Below are positions 27,435 to 32,000 of a DNA stretch of 32,000 bases, one piece after another. Both the position numbers and the translations under genes were made by a program. Numbering within the stretch: the stretch's first letter is position 1; each line of letters opens with the position of its first letter. This stretch comes from Okeania sp. (GTDB lineage Bacteria; Cyanobacteriota; Cyanobacteriia; Cyanobacteriales; Microcoleaceae): assembly GCF_035285525.1 (NCBI RefSeq), contig NZ_JAYKGW010000162.1:47353-79352 (forward strand). The letters are read 5' to 3'. Under the pieces are notes generated by a model. That model did not search any database and was not told the DNA's origin. It was given only the letters and a program-made list of their open reading frames with translations.

Positions 27435-27653
27435 TTACAGCAGACTCCATTTTTGTAAGGTACAGCCACGGAAGCAAGATGCACGGCTCCCGAAAAATCC
27501 CACTGAGAACATTAATAGGATTGACACTATCACCCTAGATATAGTAGTTAAAACTGTTGTGCAATAGTTTTTTCACTCTATATATAGTATTTTTCCGTTA
27601 GTCCTGATGAAATTATTAATATCTGTACTTCATATACCTGGAATTTGCTGTAA
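27435..27653. mobile_element. MITE of the TACAGCA...GGTACA family, interrupted by R2
   Basis: TIRs ttacagcagactcca and tggaatttgctgtaa. The backbone matches 16428-16557 on both sides of the 91-bp insert. The 17-nt core is at 27483-27499. Confidence 0.8.
27516..27606. mobile_element. 91-bp MITE, copy R2, nested inside another MITE
   Basis: Differs from R1 at only two positions (first base, and gacGct versus gacAct). Confidence 0.85.
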
Positions 27654-27759
27654 TATACTAACCAAAAATCCTACACTGTCTTTTTCAGAGAGTGCAGGAT
27701 AAAAGGCAGAAAGTTTGCCATATACAGCAGATTCCGGGCGTTTACCTAAAGTTCCTCAT

Positions 27760-30183
27760 TTACTTTTTCTCCTTCAATTTCTGACTACTTTCAACCATAT
27801 TAATAAACTCACTCCGATAACCTTCTAAATCTAAACTTTTCGATTCATTTGCCAACTTCAACACTTGATTAAAATTAGCCTCACTTTTATATTCAGAATC
27901 TCGCAAAATCATTCCATATTCAGCTACAGCAGCAGCAAATTTAAAATCATTTGAAGCATCATCCAAACTCACTCCCTTATCAATAATTGGCTGTTTTATT
28001 AACTGAGAAGTTGTACCCTTTGGCTCCTTATAACGCAACTTAACTAACATTAATTCATCACTATTATAAGCTGCCTCATCAACTTTATTATCTTGATATT
28101 TTAACTCATCAACATCCGGCAATTTCACATTACTTTTTACTCCCACCGGAATAATTTCATAAAGTGCCGTAACCGAATGTCCTGCACCTAACTCTCCGGC
28201 ATCTTTCTTATCATCATTAAAATCTTGAGAACGTAACAGTCGATTTTCATAACCAATTAAACGATAAGCTTGTACTTTTGCCGGGTTAAACTCTACTTGA
28301 ATTTTTACATCTTTAGCAATAGTTAATAGAGTTCCTCCCATTTCAGTCACTAAAACTTTTTTAGCTTCTAAAAGATTATCAATATAAGCATAATTGCCAT
28401 TTCCTTTATTAGCTAATTGTTCCATTTTAGCATCCTTAAAATTACCAGTACCAAAACCAAGTACCGTGAGAAAAATTCCTTCATCCCGATAATTTTCGAT
28501 CATTCTAACTAATTCCGCATCGCTAGAAACTCCCACATTAAAATCTCCATCGGTTGCTAGAATAACTCGATTATTTCCTGAAGATTTATAAAACCTTTTA
28601 GCTAGATCGTAAGCAAGTTTAATTCCTTCACCTCCAGCGGTGGAACCTCCAGCTTCTAAATTATTAATGGCTGCCAGAATTTTATCTTTTTCATTACCTT
28701 TTGTCGGTGGTAAAACTACTCCTGCTGCTCCAGCATAAACAACTATAGAAACAGTATCTTTTTCTGTTAGTTCATCTACCAATAATTGAAAAGCTGATTT
28801 GATTAATGGTAACTTATTGGGGTCGTTCATCGAACCAGAAACATCCAAGAGAAAAACTAAGTTACTAGGAGGTAAATCTTCTGTAACTATCTCTTTACCT
28901 TGAACGCCAATATGAACTAATTTATGTTGACTATTCCAAGGAGAATCAGAAATTTCTGTAGTCACAGAAAAAGGATTATTAGCTTTTGGTTGAGGATAAT
29001 TGTAAGTGAAATAGTTTATTAATTCCTCAATTCTGACAGCATCTTTTGGAGGTAATTTACCCTCAGAAATAAAGCGACGTAAATTACTATAAGATGCTGT
29101 ATCTACATCAATAGAAAATGTAGATAAAGGATTGTTTTTAACTACTTGAAAAGGGTTATCATTAATCAGATTATATTCTTCTGTATTTGAAGTTGGTTCT
29201 AGACTAGAATCTATTTGAGATTCTGCGGTTGAAGCTGGTAAACTTTGTTTTTGTACCATAAATCCTGGTGTTAAATTAAAACTTTCAGAAGCACTGCCTC
29301 TAGTGCCACCTCCAACATTTTCTCTTCTTGAAACTGGTGCATTTCGAGTAGAATTAGGTGGTTTTATTGATGCTTTATCTACTTCTGCTTCACTTTGAAT
29401 TTTATTATCTTCAGCAACATTTATTATAGTTTTTCCCGTCTCTGTTTCTAGGGCTTTTTGAGCTGCCAAAAGATTATCAATATAAGCATAATTTCCATTT
29501 CCTTTATCGGCTAATTTCTCCATTTTAGCATCTTTAAAATTACCTGTACTAAAACCAAGTATAGATAGAAAAATTCCTTCATCTCGATAATTTTCAATCG
29601 TTTTAACTAATTCCGCATCCTTAGAAATTCCCAAATTAAAATTTCCATCAGTTGCCAGAATAACTCGATTATTTCCTGAAGATTTATAAAACTTTTTGGC
29701 TAGATAGTAAGCAAGTTCAATTCCTTCACCTTCAGCAGTAGAACCTCCAGCTTCTAAGTTATTAATTGCTACGATAATTTTATTTTTTTCGTTCCCTTTT
29801 GTTGGTGGTAAAACTACTCCTTTGGCTCCAGAATAAACAACTATTGAGACAGTATCTTTTTCTGTTAGTTCATTTACCAATGATTGAAAAGCTGATTTGA
29901 TTAATGGCAGTTTATTCGGACTGTTCATTGCATCAGAAATATCCAAGAGAAAGACTAAGTTATTAGGAGGTGAATTTTCTGTATTTTTGCTTTGAATGGA
30001 AGTATGAACTAATTTATGTTGATTGTTCCCAGAAGAATCAGATATTTCTATTATATTTTTATTGCTGTTTGTTTTTTGTTGACTGCCACAACTTATCAAA
30101 AGTAGTAAAGGTAAAAAAGTTACTAATAATTTTACTGGCACAACTTGATTAAGGATGATATTTTTGCTTTTCATGGTATTCAT
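27760..30183 (-). CDS. VWA-domain lipoprotein (YfbK-like: N-terminal vWA-associated domain + VWA + DUF3520-like C-terminus) with an extra duplicated VWA module
   Basis: Lipobox LLLISCG; a MIDAS-bearing VWA (DVSGSM...GGSTA...ATDGD); the upstream NPLSTFSIDVDTASYSNLRRFI..LPP.DAVRIEELINYF domain; and a C-terminal YRLIGYENR region. The start is taken at ATG 30183 (ATG 30174 is also possible). The TTG at 30264 is unlikely. Confidence 0.85.
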   Translation of the reverse strand: MNTMKSKNIILNQVVPVKLLVTFLPLLLLISCGSQQKTNSNKNIIEISDSSGNNQHKLVHTSIQSKNTENSPPNNLVFLLDISDAMNSPNKLPLIKSAFQSLVNELTEKDTVSIVVYSGAKGVVLPPTKGNEKNKIIVAINNLEAGGSTAEGEGIELAYYLAKKFYKSSGNNRVILATDGNFNLGISKDAELVKTIENYRDEGIFLSILGFSTGNFKDAKMEKLADKGNGNYAYIDNLLAAQKALETETGKTIINVAEDNKIQSEAEVDKASIKPPNSTRNAPVSRRENVGGGTRGSASESFNLTPGFMVQKQSLPASTAESQIDSSLEPTSNTEEYNLINDNPFQVVKNNPLSTFSIDVDTASYSNLRRFISEGKLPPKDAVRIEELINYFTYNYPQPKANNPFSVTTEISDSPWNSQHKLVHIGVQGKEIVTEDLPPSNLVFLLDVSGSMNDPNKLPLIKSAFQLLVDELTEKDTVSIVVYAGAAGVVLPPTKGNEKDKILAAINNLEAGGSTAGGEGIKLAYDLAKRFYKSSGNNRVILATDGDFNVGVSSDAELVRMIENYRDEGIFLTVLGFGTGNFKDAKMEQLANKGNGNYAYIDNLLEAKKVLVTEMGGTLLTIAKDVKIQVEFNPAKVQAYRLIGYENRLLRSQDFNDDKKDAGELGAGHSVTALYEIIPVGVKSNVKLPDVDELKYQDNKVDEAAYNSDELMLVKLRYKEPKGTTSQLIKQPIIDKGVSLDDASNDFKFAAAVAEYGMILRDSEYKSEANFNQVLKLANESKSLDLEGYRSEFINMVESSQKLKEKK
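28297..28956. repeat. Intragenic duplication, copy B (canonical VWA module, residues about 437-656 counted from the ORF-track start)
   Basis: Colinear with 29395-30048 at both DNA and protein level, with one 2-codon indel. Confidence 0.9.
29395..30048. repeat. Intragenic duplication, copy A (extra N-terminal VWA module, residues about 73-290)
   Basis: EISDS..NQHKLVH...NLVFLLDISDAM...KIQ parallels copy B. Long identical DNA runs are present, for example ataactcgattatttcctgaagatttataaaac. Confidence 0.9.
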
Positions 30184-30580
30184 TCTATTTTTTAATATAG
30201 GGCAAGACAGTTTTTGCTGAATACTTAACCTATTAGGATTCAGCTTTATAGTTAAATTCAGCAAGTCTGCATAAACTACAAAAGAGAGGGTTCCCTTTCC
30301 GTAAAAATTATAATAATTACTCTACTTATCATTTAGAGCAATATTTACTTCAAATATCTGTTACCTAACACCTAACAAAGGATAGTTTTACCAGATGACT
30401 TTTAACAAATATACCCATTTTTTCCTAACTCCTAAATGTAGGGTTTCTCAAGTTACTGAACCATAGTTGTTTTTCTTCTTTATTATTTCATTATTTCTAC
30501 TCAATCAGAATTACTACTTCGGTACGGACGTTGCATAACAAAAATGCGTTTCATGTTGCGCAGCAAAACCTCCCTGCTAC

Positions 30581-31144
30581 CTACTCCCTACCCCTTACTC
30601 CCTGATTAGAACATTTAGCAACAGAAGTGGGAAAAAGTAGAGAATTTGCTGCTTTTTGAGCAATTGTTTCCGAGACTTTAATTTGCTTCAGAGTAACCAA
30701 ACCATCTTTGATAAATATATCTCTTAAAGCTGCTTTTTCCCCACTATTAAAAGTAGTCTCATAAAAGACCTCTTTAATACCAGCAGAAATAACTAATTTC
30801 AAACAAGAAAGACAAGGTTCTAAAGTTACATAAATAATAGCTCCATTTGTACAAATTCCATGTTTTGCTGCTTGAGCAATAGCATTAGCTTCGGCATGAA
30901 CAGAACGGGATGGTAAAATTTTACTAGCATCACAACTACTTAATTCAGGATAACAAAAACCTTGAGTTGTACAATGTGAAGAACCAGAAGGAGAACCATT
31001 ATAACCAGTTGCCAAAACTTGTTTATCTTTAACTATTACCGCCCCCACTGGAAAAGCTAAACAAGTTGAGCGAGTAGCAGCTAATTTAGCAATCATTAAA
31101 AAGTATTCATCCCAGCTCGGTCTTTGATATAATTCTTCTGTCAT
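30581..31144 (-). CDS. dCMP deaminase (ComEB/deoxycytidylate deaminase family)
   Basis: Zinc motifs HAEANAI and PCLSCLKLV. 187 aa. Its start overlaps the dut stop in ATGA. The last few codons run into the heptamer tract 30576-30605. Confidence 0.9.
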   Translation of the reverse strand: MTEELYQRPSWDEYFLMIAKLAATRSTCLAFPVGAVIVKDKQVLATGYNGSPSGSSHCTTQGFCYPELSSCDASKILPSRSVHAEANAIAQAAKHGICTNGAIIYVTLEPCLSCLKLVISAGIKEVFYETTFNSGEKAALRDIFIKDGLVTLKQIKVSETIAQKAANSLLFPTSVAKCSNQGVRGRE

Positions 31145-31575
31145 AATATTCCTGTTGAACCAAATCCACTAATATCTCTTTCAGTTGTACTTAATTTATC
31201 AACTTCTTCCACTTTAACAGATAAAACCGATGCTATTACCATTTGAGCTATTTTCATTCCTTTAGTTACTTGAAAGGGTTTTTTACCATGATTTATTAAA
31301 ACTATTCCTATTTCTCCTCGGTAAGTTTCATCAATAGTTCCGGGAGTATTTAAAACAGTAATTTGATGTTTTAAAGCTAATCCACTTCGGGGGCGAATTT
31401 GTGCTTCGGTTCCTGATGGTAATTCTATAGAAATACCTGTATGAATTAATTGACTTTCTCCAGGATTAATTGTTAATTCATCAATAGAAAATAAATCTAA
31501 TCCAGCATCTCCTTTATGTGCGTAAAAAGGAATAATTGCCGATTCATCTAACTTTTTAATTTTCAGTTTTATCAT
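31141..31575 (-). CDS. dut: dUTP diphosphatase (trimeric dUTPase)
   Basis: [23 protein letters not shown] and the C-terminal [10 protein letters not shown] motifs. 144 aa. Confidence 0.95.
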   Translation of the reverse strand: MIKLKIKKLDESAIIPFYAHKGDAGLDLFSIDELTINPGESQLIHTGISIELPSGTEAQIRPRSGLALKHQITVLNTPGTIDETYRGEIGIVLINHGKKPFQVTKGMKIAQMVIASVLSVKVEEVDKLSTTERDISGFGSTGIL

Positions 31576-31679
31576 TTTTAATTTACCTGATTTAATTTTG
31601 ACTTTTTAATTTTGACTTGACTTTCTGTAATTATTACTTTTTAATTTTGACTTTTGAATTTACTAAAGCTATGCAAACC

Positions 31680-31873
31680 TAGAAACCGGGTTTCTTTGCA
31701 TAATATCATGTCCGGTGCGTTACACTCCACTCCGTTCCCTTAACACACCCTACCAATAGCTATTGCTAGGAGGGCGAATGGCATTCGCCCCTACAGTTTT
31801 ATTTCCAAAAGTAGCAGTAGGGTGTAGCGTAACGCACCGATAGTCCATATCTAGTGCCGTTGCGCAAGTCGTG
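31680..31873. mobile_element. Composite MITE-like element
   Basis: agaaaccgggtttct, then taatatcatgtccgg (the same junction as at 25133-25166), acacaccctaccaatag (reverse complement of 4563-4580), an internal hairpin gggcgaatggcattcgccc, and the right end tagtgccgttgcgcaagtcgtg, which resembles 4633-4653. Confidence 0.65.
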
Positions 31874-31901
31874 TATCAATTATTCATTATTAATTAAAAC
31901 A

Positions 31902-31962
31902 GTAGGGGCGGGTTTCCATGTTACCTTAGGAAAGGTTGATAACATGAAAAAAACCCGCCCCC
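31902..31962. repeat. Long hairpin element of the GTAGGGGCGGGTTT...AAACCCGCCCC family
   Basis: gtaggggcgggttt pairs with aaacccgcccc, with an inner catgtta/taacatg stem. It is the same family as 4475-4536. Confidence 0.7.
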
Positions 31963-32000
31963 ATAGATTTTGACGTTGTAGATAAGAGGGCGGGTTTAGC

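Noticed and set aside
27599-27625. Hammerhead ribozyme core (GTC followed by CTGATGA and AAA)
   Set aside because: No stem II hairpin or GAAAC element follows. The match arises at the junction of R2 with its host MITE and is absent at the R1 junction.
28297-30048. Diversity-generating retroelement template and variable repeat pair
   Set aside because: Differences between the two copies are not confined to adenine positions. Both copies are in-frame parts of one gene, and no reverse transcriptase is nearby.
29970-30152. 60-aa plus-strand ORF
   Set aside because: It is antisense inside the VWA lipoprotein gene.
1-32000. tRNA, rRNA, tmRNA, RNase P and SRP RNA genes
   Set aside because: I found no GGTTCGAATCC-type T-arm boxes and no other hallmark strings of these RNAs on either strand. 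This was scanned by eye only, so small ncRNAs cannot be excluded.

Overview
This is an AT-rich cyanobacterial chromosomal segment. The evidence is the HIP1 palindrome GCGATCGC at 17 sites I located by eye, an RRM-type Rbp protein, and heptamer STRR-like tracts. A filamentous Nostocales-type genome is an inference, not a database result.

I call 23 intact protein genes and one decayed gene, nearly all housekeeping or metabolic:
- Core functions: ribF (3' part), rbp, a MoxR-type AAA+ ATPase, a class-3 ALDH, relA/spoT, a two-cassette ABC ATPase, long-form cbiX with a His-rich tail, yihY, nadD, rpsD, moaA, a TauE/SafE permease, a thioredoxin-like 2Fe-2S ferredoxin, a cysK-like enzyme, dCMP deaminase and dut.
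- Others: a Uma2 nuclease-fold protein, a phosphodiester glycosidase, a VWA lipoprotein and four hypotheticals.
- One pseudogene of the Rpn/PD-(D/E)XK putative-transposase family.

I found no rRNA, tRNA, CRISPR array, or recognisable defence, toxin or secondary-metabolite operon. I do not see a convincing novel multi-gene system here.

The unusual content is mostly non-coding. By my gene calls about 31% of the window is intergenic. Almost all of that space is filled by a modular network of MITE-like and hairpin repeats. These include nested insertions, two 89/91-identical copies 92 bp apart, and a 17-nt core shared by unrelated repeat backbones. There are also tandem arrays with 56-bp, 14-bp, 97-bp and 137-bp periods, and repeats that supply the last codons of two genes.

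The best protein-level oddity is the VWA lipoprotein gene. It carries an in-frame internal duplication of about 0.65 kb, and the extra VWA copy has a degenerate MIDAS motif.
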